Part shown: positions 1 through 27,731 of the stretch, piece by piece | How the letters are laid out: every line of letters starts with the position of its first letter | How positions within the stretch are numbered: position 1 is the stretch's first letter | Source of the DNA: Phallusia mammillata | Lineage: Eukaryota | Assembly (NCBI GenBank): GCA_965637545.1 | Contig: OZ281499.1 | Location: 26,288,001 to 26,352,000 of the forward strand | Length of the DNA: 64,000 bases | Reading direction: 5' to 3' | Translations under genes and position numbers: made by a program | The notes under the pieces: generated by a model | The model's input: the letters and a program-made list of their open reading frames with translations, nothing else | Databases searched by the model: none | What the model was told of the DNA's origin: nothing

Positions 1-719
1 TTTGAAAGTTCAGATTTATCAAAGTGAACTACAACTCCACTTTGCACTTTTTGCACCAAAGAATCAAGGCACTGCAGCAAAGTTTTCTGCGTTTTGATGC
101 AGTACGACCGGCCACCAGTCACCTCACACATGAGACTTATTGGGGAAGGATCAGTTGGTACACTGCCTAACTGCTCAGGTTCTTGTGTAGCACTTGCTGG
201 AAGTCGAAGCACAAGAGAAAACAGGCGCTGATCCCAACGAAAAGGTTCTTTTGTGAGCTCAGAACCAGGAAGCAAATTGGTCATGGGAAGATGCAGTTCA
301 TCAAACACAGCAGACCGATTGCTTAGCTTACCACCATCAGTCAGCGCTATAACAATAGATGGTTCCAAGTAGAATGGACTCCTCCCATGTCCGTAAGTGT
401 CAATGCCTGTTAAATGTCGATTAATGCTCAACAAGTCAAAGGATAACTTCAAAGCATGGCCGAGTGTTGTTACGCCATCAGCTACAATGTTTTTTAATTT
501 GTTGAGAGTAAACGTGTGATTTTGACATTCTTTCCAACCAGCTTTTATTCCGTGGTTGCCTTCATCGAGTGTAACAAGCATATATTTGTCAGTTCGATTG
601 CATCTCTGTTTCACGAAGGTTTCAACTGCACTTTTTGCAACATCCAGCAATGTCGTGCCCATGTAACATTTCTGGTTCATTGACGCCGAGTTGTCAACGA
701 GAAATACAATGGTCTGCAT
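1..719 (-). CDS. INTS6: Integrator complex subunit 6, N-terminal VWA region (partial, runs off the window edge)
   Basis: Open frame from ATG at 719 to the window edge with no stop (239 codons): MQTIVFLVDNSASMNQKCYMGTTLLDVAKSAVETF...AGWKE...GIDTYGHGRSPFYLEPSIVIALTDGGKL...ELHLPM...PGSELTKEPFRWDQRLFSLVLRLP...MCEVTGGRSY...QKVQSGVVVHFDK. This matches the recalled INTS6/DDX26 N-terminus, including a DxSxS MIDAS-type motif. It is absent from the ORF track because it has no stop in the window. Confidence 0.95.
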   Translation of the reverse strand, partial: MQTIVFLVDNSASMNQKCYMGTTLLDVAKSAVETFVKQRCNRTDKYMLVTLDEGNHGIKAGWKECQNHTFTLNKLKNIVADGVTTLGHALKLSFDLLSINRHLTGIDTYGHGRSPFYLEPSIVIALTDGGKLSNRSAVFDELHLPMTNLLPGSELTKEPFRWDQRLFSLVLRLPASATQEPEQLGSVPTDPSPISLMCEVTGGRSYCIKTQKTLLQCLDSLVQKVQSGVVVHFDKSELS

Positions 720-1617
720 TGTATTTAATTAATAACTATTTCTGGGCCACTAAACCAAAATTGTTTACAAATCGTTCATAATTTAAAACTATTAACCTAC
801 GGGTCCGGATAACAAATGCATATTATTAAACCAAACGTGAGAATGCAAAAACAGGTTGCAGTGTGATAAATTTTGGTTATGTTCAAATACTATGTGTAAA
901 AAGCAATTGCAAAAACTACAAACAAAACAAGAGTTTTACAAAAACAAAACAACGTGACTTTCAGTTTTCACTGGGTCGGGTTTTGCTTCGCTACAACGAT
1001 AATTCCTCATGCGTAACAAAGATCTGTAATTTCTCATGCGTGAATTTCGAAAACGTTTGCGATTTATTATTCACTGTTCAAATCCAAATTAGTAAATACA
1101 AATTTTAATTTACCCCATAGTAATAAGTTATTTACCTTATAGTCAATGAAGGGCGGATTAAAATCGAGTAAATGCGCTACAGTTCATTGGATTTGGGATA
1201 ACCTTGTCCGGTAGCATATTTTCAACATGCAACCATTTAGAAATCGGAGATCTTTGTCAATCACAAAATTTTCCGTTTATTCAACATTTTTGAAAGTAAA
1301 AAAGACCCAAAAAGAAAAAAACGTACTGAAACCGACAATGAAAAAACAACAGTTGTTCTGAGTAAACTGTGACGTCATACCATCACATGACCGCTGTTTT
1401 TGATTTTTCATTTTAGTTTTTACGGAAGTAAACACAATCATGGCGAATTTGCTGCAGAAAATAATTGTCTTATTTGTCTCAAAAACATTCGCCTGATTAA
1501 ACACTTTTTGTAGTTTCTGGAAAAGTCTAACAAACGTTTGTGTGTTTTTCTTTTTAGAAATTGTTGCAGACAGTTTTGTTGTTGATTTGTACGAGTAACG
1601 TCAATAAGTCGTGCAAG
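720..1617. promoter_or_regulatory. Shared bidirectional promoter region for INTS6 and the tetraspanin
   Basis: The divergent start codons are 899 bp apart. The region contains TGACGTCA (1370-1377) and a repeated CTCATGCGT(A/G)A word (1006-1016, 1033-1043). Confidence 0.55.
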
Positions 1618-4150
1618 ATGGGATTTTGCTCTGCATCGTTGAAATGTCTTCTATTTGTGATGAACTTTTTCTTTTGGGTGAGAGAAACAGAAAAAACACT
1701 CTTTAAAACTCTTTAGAATTATAAATAACCAACTGTTAATTTCCTTTTCTGCTTGTTTTTTTAATTTCCATGTGAAATGCTGAACCGCATTTTGTTTTAC
1801 AGTCCGCTGCAGCCTTTATGATGTATGCTGGAATTGAGTTTATTAACTCGAAAGATGGCGGTTTTGCCCAAGTTAGTGCTCGACCAGCAATCATCCTTAT
1901 TACCTCTGCATCTGTTCTCATTCTTGGTGGATTAATTGGTTGTCTTGGCGCAATTTGTGAGAAAAAAACTTGCCTCGGATTGGTAAATTGACTGCTTGAT
2001 TATTTATCGCCGACACATGCAAATTTATGGATAACATATAGTCTGCAGAAATGCCACAAAACCCTTGGTTTTTTATTGCTATTCTCGAGGTTTGAAAAGA
2101 ATTAGCTAGTATCATGTGTGGCAGTGGTTCCTAAGATTTTTTGTGTTGGCTACTGTTAAAGTTTTATTAATTTGTATCCCCTTGTTTTAAATAAGAGACA
2201 GAAGTAAAATAAATTGTAGTAATTGTGAAGTAAAATTGAAAGACTTTTTACACAGTAAGATGCTTAACTTTACTATTTCACCAATAGGTTTACACAACCT
2301 TAATTTTGACATTTTGTTCAAACCCCCTTTAATGGTTTGAGTCCCAGAGAGTACACACACCCCTTACCTAGAACTCCTGGCATTGTTTGTTAAGCCATAT
2401 TTTATTTAAGTGTGTCATATGTACTTTATCTTTTAAATTGTGTTGTTGCAATCTCCTGATAAGCATTTTTTCACCAGTATCTGGTCTTCCTTGTATCGGT
2501 GCTGATCGTACAAGCCTCAATTTCCGGAATTCTACTTGTGAATCGGAAAAGCACAAAATCTTCATTCGACAGCTTTTTGAAGGATCAATTCCATCAATAT
2601 GGCAACAACACTGTTCCTGACTCCAACTCCACTGATGATGTTTATTTCAATGCAACCTCATTCGTTGACCTGATTCAATCAGATGTACGTCAAATGTAGT
2701 CTGTTATATTTCATTTAAAATGGAATGTTTATAATATTGTTTGTACAATTTATGTAAAAATGGTTAACAGTGTTTATTGTACTAACATGTATTTAGGCGA
2801 AAATGGTGCTTGGTGAATTTCATTTTAAGTTGCTATGATGGCAGCTAAATAACTTTAAAATTGTATATCAATGGTAGTGACCAATCTATAATGCATGTAA
2901 TGCCTTAGCTTTGTAGAGTACTAAGCAGTGCACCGAACCTCAGAGATATCAGTCAAAAACACATGTAATGAGAAAATATATGGATGTTGTCTTTTACATC
3001 TGTTTACACCATAATACTAAGAGCAAATGTATGTACAAAGACCAAACGTTTTATTTTTATGCTTGGTTAAGCTAGGATTTGTGTGGCTAAATCATTATGA
3101 AATTTGCATTGGGTCATAGAGTTAGCTTTTCTAAATGTACAAATAATGTAAACATTTAAATCTGTAATGTTCCTGCTGTACTTATTCTGCATCTAATACT
3201 TCCAGGTTGAATGCTGTGGTTACCACAACTACACAGACTGGTTTGACCTGCCATGGGGAGGAAAGGGAAATGTGGTTCCTACTTCTTGTTGCAACACAAC
3301 AATGAACGTTAACTGCACTGGTGCCACTGATAAAGAGCATCTCAAATTCATCTACACACAAGTAGGGATTAATTTTTATTGTATTTTAACAACTTTAAGA
3401 TGCTTAATTTAAAAACAGATTTCTATCTTGGTTTACTATATTGACTTTGGTCCTGAGTAAATTTCGGCTACACGAAAGCTTAAAACATTTACCAAATATC
3501 ATAACGGTTTTACGGTAGGCCCTTTAAATTATATATATATATATATGTCTCGTAAAAAAACTTATCCCAATACCAAGCATTATGTAGTCATGTGTAAAAT
3601 AAAACTTTTATTTTTGTGTAGGGATGCAAGGAACCTTTGAACAAAGCCTTCAAGTTTGCATTTGATTTCATGGCATATGCTGCTCTTGGTTTGGCAATAT
3701 TCATTGTAAGTATTTCATTTTAAACATCTGTAAACGACAAAAAATTGGACAGTTAACATTTATTAGCTTGGTTAATTCAAGTGTTTTAAATTTATTGGTC
3801 AAGAAATACAGAAATATATGTTACCTTGTTCTTTTAGCCATGCAATGAATTAAGCTTTGTGTAATAAAACTCTTTGTGCAAAACCAAGCTTTATGCTTTG
3901 ATAAAACACAGACATCCTGTGTTCAGAGACAAAATGTCTGCAGTGAAATGTAATTCACTGCATGCATAAGCTCTCCGGCTCTGTCGTTTTTGATTAAGCT
4001 ACTTTTTCAAACAAATGTGTAGAGTTCCAATGTTGATCTTTGTTTTTATAACAGTTCATTGGAACTCTCATTGTCATTGGATTTCTCTGCAAAAACAAAG
4101 ACCAGGCATTCGGATATTCTCAAATGGATCCCCAGTACACAGATGCTTGA
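1618..4150 (+). CDS. Tetraspanin (CD63-like), about 260 aa, 6 coding exons
   Basis: Exons 1618-1677, 1803-1982, 2478-2684, 3206-3361, 3622-3705, 4055-4150, all GT-AG and phase 0. Features: N-terminus MGFCSASLKCLLFVMNFFFW, four hydrophobic segments, a large loop with the CCG motif (VECCGYHNYTDW), PTSCC and a final GC, and a tail GYSQMDPQYTDA* with a YxxPhi-type motif like CD63 GYEVM. Confidence 0.92.
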
Positions 4151-6348
4151 TAAACTCCACACTAATGTATCCAAAACATATTTCTTTTTCACTGTTTTCC
4201 ATGCTTTGCAAAAAATTGTTTAACTGTGGGTAATTAGAGTTTCAGTAACTGTGGATATTACAGACATTAGATTTAAAATTTATACCAAACGTAACCCTAC
4301 AATTTATAATGTATTTGCAAACTTATAAAAAAATATTGCCCACCATGTCAGAAAAGGTTCCAAATCAACAAAAAGATTATCAAGCACTTTTATTTTTTTC
4401 CTTCAGTTCCTTTCAGTAATCGTTTGTAAATATTTGTACAAAATATTTCTGCTTAAAACGAGATGCTTTTGAACAGGATTTTGAAGATATGTTGTTGGTC
4501 ATGACATGTGATGTATCTAAAAAGCAAATAACCTTCTGCATGTTTTGTTTCTTTGCAATTGATGCTACCATTATCTTGTTATCTTTCTCAGACAACTTTA
4601 CTTTTTCTCCCACTTAACTTCAAAATCATTTCCGAGAAACACATAAAATATTGGTACTAGTTTTTTAGTTTCAAGTTTAAACCATGTCAAAAAGCATTTA
4701 TATTAAATGCTGTTTTAAAAATAGTTACAACGTAGAAATAAAAAGTCACCAAAATCATTGACATGATTGGTTTGCATTATTTTCACCACTTATAATCCAT
4801 TTTATTGTAGCATTACCTAGTTGTGTGCATAAAAAGTTCCAGATGTCAAAAAAATGCATCGATTAGTTTGCACAGATGAAACTCATTAAAAAAAACTCAA
4901 GTGCATTTGCACAACAGTTTCTTTCATCAGTTCTAAAACCGCATGTGAATGTCAGCCCTCTATTTTCTGTTTCAAACAAATCTATCACAAAAATAAACCA
5001 AATAATTTTTAAATTTCCCGCTACAAACAGTCACAAATTGCTGTGTTGAATGTAGTTGTGCATCACGTTGTATGCCTTTTGGTTCTTTTGTGAAATAAAT
5101 TTCTTTGCTGTTAAAGCTTTTGAGCTACTCATTATTTTTATTTTTAATTCCCGTAGAAGCAGTGCGACTCGCAAGTTTGCAACAGGCGTAGCAGAGAATG
5201 TCATTGAAAAACATGCAGTTCTATTTGCCTTTAAAGACTCAAATGCATGTTTACCGCCGTAAAATACGGGTTGGAAACGTTTTTGTCTTTACAACTAAGA
5301 GTTTGAAAATGCATTTCCAACATTTGTCAACCATAAAGTATAAAACGATTTTTGTGCTGCGAAGAAAACAAAAAATCATTTCCGACAAGGTTCAGTTGTT
5401 TGTCTGCTTTTTGTAAAGGAAAACTTGCAAATTGCAGTGGCAATTAAATAAGCCTAATAGATTTGCACAACATTACGCCAGCAATTAACACCAAACCGTT
5501 TATGCATCACAAACAAACAATGGCGGTTCACAATGGCTTTTGATTAGTGGAATTCATTCTCTGTTTAGATGCAACTTGAATGGTTGTTTTGCGTTCTCTG
5601 AGCTCTGAAAGTTGCAACAAATATTTGCGGGAACCAAGTAAGCTAGAGATTGTCTGTCAGCGCCCTTAATCATTTGTTGACTGATTACAAGCAGGTGTTT
5701 AGACAGAAGGGCCTGTTTTTTATCGACACCGATCAGCTTTTTACCAGGGTTGTTTGCTGGCTTTTTCGTTCGTTTTAGACACTTAACATTCGATAAGGCG
5801 TTTTCAGATTTTAGTTGGTTTGCAACGACAGCATTTGCAAGATATCTCCGTGCCTTAGTATAGTGTTTTTAAACCGGTGTTCCGTGAAAGATCGTTAGGT
5901 GTTCCGCTAGAAATTCGCTGGTTTGACTAGTAGCCCATTTCTCACCGGCGTAAGTTGCTTATCTTTCATGAAAATAATTATCTAGTATCACCAGTTTGAA
6001 TGTTTTATCGTGATTTTGCTTATTTATTGTTGTGTAATAGTAAAGACTCGCTGTGAAATAACAAGTAAATTGTTTTAATGTGTAGTGTGTACTGTGTTCC
6101 GTGGCTGAAAAATACTGTCTTGGTATGGCTATTCAAAATAAATTGATGTTTTGTTTTTCATTTATCAATCAAAATCATGCTTGAGGTCCTTGGAAAAACC
6201 GAACCGACCGACAGAACTTTGTATTCTTATTAAAGAATTAATGTGAACTTGTTTTTTGAGATTTTCCAGTACTACTTGTATTGTTGTTTGCAGGTCGAAG
6301 AAAGGAAATTGTGAAATTTGATGTAGTAATATAATCGGCCTGTTGAAA

Positions 6349-22684
<16,336 letters not shown>

Positions 22685-23262
22685 GTGAGAATGGGTCGGA
22701 AGATTCGGGGAACCCCCTGTTGCGCAGGAGGAGCGTGGCTTTGTACAGTAAAAGCATTGTGCGCGTTTGAAGCGTGTATTTTATTTCCAATGTTTTACAT
22801 TGTGCGTTTATGTTAATTTTATGTGTTGAGTCAACATTCAAAGTTAACATACTCACTCAGTCTTTTTTAGTTTGTATTACAGCAAATTTGTTTGACACAT
22901 TCTAAAACATATTGCAGCTAAAACACAATTTTTCGTTAAAACTGACACTAACGCTATACTTATTGCATTTCATCACTTTTTACAAAATTATCTGATCGCA
23001 TTTTATTTTTTACACAAAATTTTGCCTTTTTTCTGATTTTTTTTGCCTGACTTCACTTGCATGTCTCACTTTATCTGCACTCACATTTTCGCTACAGCGA
23101 TTATTTTCTGTTTGGCGCAATTACACACACAGTCACGTGACATTGTTTGTCGGTTACGATTTGTTTCACTAACTCAAGATCAGTTTGAAAGTTAACGAGA
23201 AAAGTTTTGATTTGCAACAAATATTGATTTTGTATGAAAAATCTAAAAGCCGACTCAAAATG

Positions 23263-23917
23263 CAGGAGTCACCAAACTTTTTTTCACAGCGGGCCAGATA
23301 ACTAAAATAATTTGAATATTCACTCACGAGAGCCGCATGGCCTACAAGCCCTGACGCAGCTTTTCTCAAACTGGACATGCGAGGCAGTTTTGACAGGAAG
23401 ACCATGGGCTTTTCCACAACCTTAGTTCTAGTCGGATGGTTCTGCTGTTAAATTGTAAATTAATGACTGTGTAAGTGTCTCATAGATTGACTAATGTTCC
23501 TCTATCGCAGGGGTTCTTAACCAGGGGTGCGAGAACTGTTCCTAGGGGGTGCAAAAAGGCTAAATCATTAAGGTTGGTTAGGTCTATTATATATAAATAT
23601 AGAAACCCAGCGGGGTGCGAAAATTGGTTGGTGATTGGAAAGGGGTGCAGCAAGGATAAAAAGGTTAAGAACCACTACTCTAACGCAAGTAACAAAAAAG
23701 GCAATTGTTCGAACACAAATACTAGTCTTTGATTTTGTCTGTGACGTAAAACCGCGTTTGGTTTAACCTATGCGTTGTAGTCCTGTCAGTACAGGTAAAA
23801 ATGTTACTAGAATGTATTTTGCAGGTTTGCGCATCTTCAATGTACTACGTTTTCGTGTCTGATAAAATGACACCAAGGGCCGAATCTGGCCCGTGGACCG
23901 TAGTTTGGTGACCCCTG
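23263..23917. mobile_element. Degenerate hAT (Charlie/MER58-type termini) element containing a nested MITE
   Basis: Ends CAGGAGTCACCAAACT / AGTTTGGTGACCCCTG (1 mismatch), with the typical GGGCCAGATA and GGCCCGTGGACCGTAGTTTG subtermini. The flanking 8-mers do not match, so the TSD is not confirmed. Confidence 0.6.
23508..23677. mobile_element. hAT MITE, 170 bp
   Basis: Ends CAGGGGTTCTTAACC / GGTTAAGAACCACTA, TSD CTCTATCG versus CTCTAACG (7/8) and internal GGGGTGC repeats. Confidence 0.8.
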
Positions 23918-26786
23918 GTTTAGTCGGTTATTTTACTTTTAACTTATGTCACAACCACGTTTTAGTAGATGTTGAATTTAGTGATAGAACAATTAAAACG
24001 TTCGTTAACTAATTAACAATCGTGGAAGCGATTGTTGCCTCATAATTGTGATTGTCGCTTATTAATGACGTGTCAATGGCTTGGTGGCTAAATTTGACGT
24101 ATAGTGAAAATCATCGTCAGACTTTGAATTCAGTTTGAATGTTGTTAGTTACCACAAACGAATAGATAAAATAGCAGTAGAGTTTACTTTGGTAACTTCG
24201 TATTAAGGTTTCAAAACAAGAAGTAAAAATTTTTCGGCAACTTTGCTGATAGCAGATCAAACCTTGTACTGCTCTTAAACGGAAACAAAAAGTCCCAGTG
24301 CCATTAGGTAGATTATCACATAATTTTAAAGTTCCCCATGCAAATTTAAATTTTAAGCTTATGTTGTAAATGGGGATTCCATTTCTGTGCAGATAGGTTA
24401 TCAACGAAAGTTTTGATTTGTAAAAATATATGTTGTTTTCATTTATTTGGTGTTCAAAGTATTTTATTGTTGCCAAAATACCTTTCCTTTTTACGTGTAG
24501 TCACACACCAGTTTAGAAGGAGCAAGTGATTTATTGAGCACTGAAGATATGGTGAGTATTCAGTTGCGTAGTTTAGAGAAAACATGCGCTTTGGGAGAGA
24601 AAACTTAGCAAAGTTATATACGGCAAAGTTTGGACGCATTTATAGACAGTTTAACATTCTGCTGGGGGTGTATAGACATGTATGGGTACGAATGTATTTA
24701 ACGCGTGAGAACCGATTTGGGTTCGTTACTACATCGGGTGACTGATGACAAGATAATGTTTAAACCCTTCCCCAAGCAGACCTGTTATCGGATCGGATGA
24801 TCGGAGCAATTATCTCCGGCATCTTGACCTTAAACGTCCGGACGCACGACTGATGTGTTTTTCTCTGAATGTGACATGTTTGTTTCCACGCAGAGGATGA
24901 ACGTATTTAATATGTAGATGCTTTGCGTGAATTGTTTTTCTGGTTTGCATTGAAGGTGTGCTAAGGTGAGGGTTTGAGCTGAAGTTTGACATAATTTTGT
25001 GATTTAACACCCGATGTGGCGGCAGAAATACTCGAAATTAAATTGCATTGTCAGCACTTTTACCATGAAACGACTTCATATGCAACTTTTTATTTCGCAT
25101 AGAATAAGAAACAAAAAAAATCTAGATCAACACGACGAAAGCTGTGTTCAAATTTAGAATTGCTGTGTTCAAATTTGGAAATTATCTCAGTCATAAGTAA
25201 AACTGCCAAGATTTTTCATATTTTGCAGCGACAATATTTGGCAACAAAATATATAGAGCAGAAAGGCTCAAATTTTTTCCGACAGTTTTGATTGTAATCA
25301 GTGTTTAAAATACTTCATGAAAGGAAAAGTGCTAAGTGCTTGAAATACCGTGTCCTATGGCTCGATTGACAACCAGCACTATAATGACAACAGTGATTGT
25401 TGAAACGTCTGCATAATGTATTCTGTATACACCAGTACTCTGTCAGTTATGTTTTTGTCCCTCAAGAAGTACTTGTATTTTTAAATCACTGTTTTCTTCC
25501 TGATATTTAACCGTCAAAGGAGAAACTCAATTTAGTAAGATCAGAATGTTTAAATCAAACTGTTTATGGATTCAGTCGCATTTTAATGTTATTTCTCCTG
25601 CCGCGTTTCGACCAATATCTGACTCACTAAAGTTTTTATTTATTTGCACTAAAAAGTCGAAAAGCCACTTTAAACTTTTTGAGCCGTCGCTTTAGGCAGG
25701 CTTTACCACCAACCGCTGCTACTAATGCCACAACCCGATAATACCAAGATAGAAATCAAATATACCTTGCGATTTAATCCTTCCAGTTTCGATGTTCCTT
25801 CTAAATAAGGAAATCTTTTGCATTTTATCTACTTCACAAGAAATGATAGTTTGTCACTTATTAATGATAATCACAGCAGAGTTATAAGCGTCCCGAAACT
25901 AAAATATTTTTATAAACGAAACTTTATTTAGACCCGAAAGGTTGGTTTATTTAAGGTAAATTTCACAAATGTTTGAGTATAAAATCAGGCTCGAATCAAG
26001 CCTGTTTTATTCTAAAATAAACTCGTATGTCGTTTACAATTCTGCAGCATCTCTTGCTTCCAACGAAATTCCAATTTAATTAAATATATTTAACAGAAAT
26101 ATCCAACATTAAATATCCTGACACGTTGAGCCATACTTATAAAATACCTTTAACTTTAAGCCCGTTATATTTATATTCGATTAAACAAATTAGGCGATCA
26201 ATTCATCTGCGCCAACCGGTTTTTGGTTGGTTCGCTGGTTTAACCGACGTGTATTAGCGAAATTAGCAATCTCTAAATATACCTGAAGCACCTGTGAGAT
26301 CGGCATGTTTCCGGATCTGTTCTGTTAAATTTCGCAATAAACTGGATTTTTAAATAAAATTTACGTAATGTTCAGCTTTAAACATTAGTTTTGCTTAGTT
26401 AACTTTATTACTTTGAAAATTTTTACAAGCATAAAAGTTTTTGTAGCTATTTTCCATCAATCTGACAAGTAACAAACTTTACCGTAGGACTTGATCACCT
26501 AATAAATTGTTTCAATGTTTGATATATTTAGGCAGTTTGTTAAAAAATAAGTAACTTTAAAACTCAAAACTAAGTATAACCACGCGACATTTTGGCAAAT
26601 CACAGAAATCAAAGATTAGTTTTCAAGATGAAATATGTTTGTCCAGAATTTTCAATTTTCCGAAAGCAATTCGTCGATTTTCAGATTGTATCGAAAATAA
26701 ATAGTTCGCTTTAATGTTGAACCTCGTGCAGTGCAGGGAATTGCCTGAAGCGCTTAACGCACACGCGCCAGTTTTCATGACGAGCT

Positions 26787-26840
26787 TATAAATAGCAATA
26801 CTCGGCAAATCTAGTCAGTCTCCTGAAGTAGTGTTGGTGA
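26787..26840 (+). promoter_or_regulatory. TATA box and initiator, probable promoter of the protease gene
   Basis: TATAAATA at 26787-26794 and TCAGTC at 26815-26820, with the A exactly 30 nt after the TATA start. A donor-like GTGAGA follows at 26837. The signal-peptide exon is about 0.9 kb downstream. Confidence 0.45.
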
Positions 26841-27731
26841 GATTGGAGAATTCAGAATAATTTAGCGGGGAATCGGACGTTAATTCGCGGCTGGTTCGTG
26901 TAAACTTCCAGGTGGTCTTTGTAATTGGAAAAGCGTGCGCTTTAACGTGAATTTAAATGGTAATTTCCTGTAATTACCAGCGATTAATCGTAATTGCTAC
27001 AAATTTGTGAAATTGCCACTCAAACCTGTTAGATTATGTTGCAATTTTTATTTGCTATGACAGATGTTTGAAAAAATATTTAGCTTTTTCGAAGAAGATT
27101 TTAAACGTTTGTTTTTGTTTTGTAATAGACATTCTGCTTAGCGAAGGTTTGTTATTAGTTAATGAAAAGTTATATTAGGCGTTGCTAAATGTCATGGCAA
27201 TTTCAACGTGGTTTCAGTTTTGTAATTTCTCGGAAAATTGCTTCAATTAGACGGTTATTAAATAAGGAGTGATCAACCTGTGTCAGGATTTCAGTGAAAG
27301 AAAACGTTGTCAGGAAAAGTGTTTATCCTTCAAACGAGTTTTAGTTTGTATTCGAGAAAGAAAGTGATACTAAAGGTTGAAGAAACCTGTTGAGTGTTTA
27401 AACTCTTTGTATTTGTATTCGTTTAAAGGATTATAGAAATGCTTGATTATAAACACATGTCAGTTATTTAAATGCAATTGCAATGTTTTCAAGTTTGGAT
27501 AGTTAAGAGACGTTATACGTACCCTAAAACTAAAGTGTGGCTATTTTAGATTATTGACTTTAATTAAAGAAGATTTGCTTACAGACAAAAGCGTTAGACA
27601 ACAAATTGCATCAGTTAAAATTTATCAATTTATTTACTGTTTTTTAGTTGACAATCGACGATAAGCTTTGTGCAGAGGCTTGGAGTAATTTTAATTTCTT
27701 AAAACTTGTTTGTGACAAAATTTGTGGAAGT

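Noticed and set aside
5056-5416. Small gene between the tetraspanin and thrombospondin
   Set aside because: Only short ORFs with non-ATG or weak starts, with no exon chain or homology cue.
5510-5545. Paired Sox sites (AACAATG, CACAATG) as a Sox9-type thrombospondin enhancer
   Set aside because: They are in direct rather than inverted orientation, and such short words are common in AT-rich DNA.
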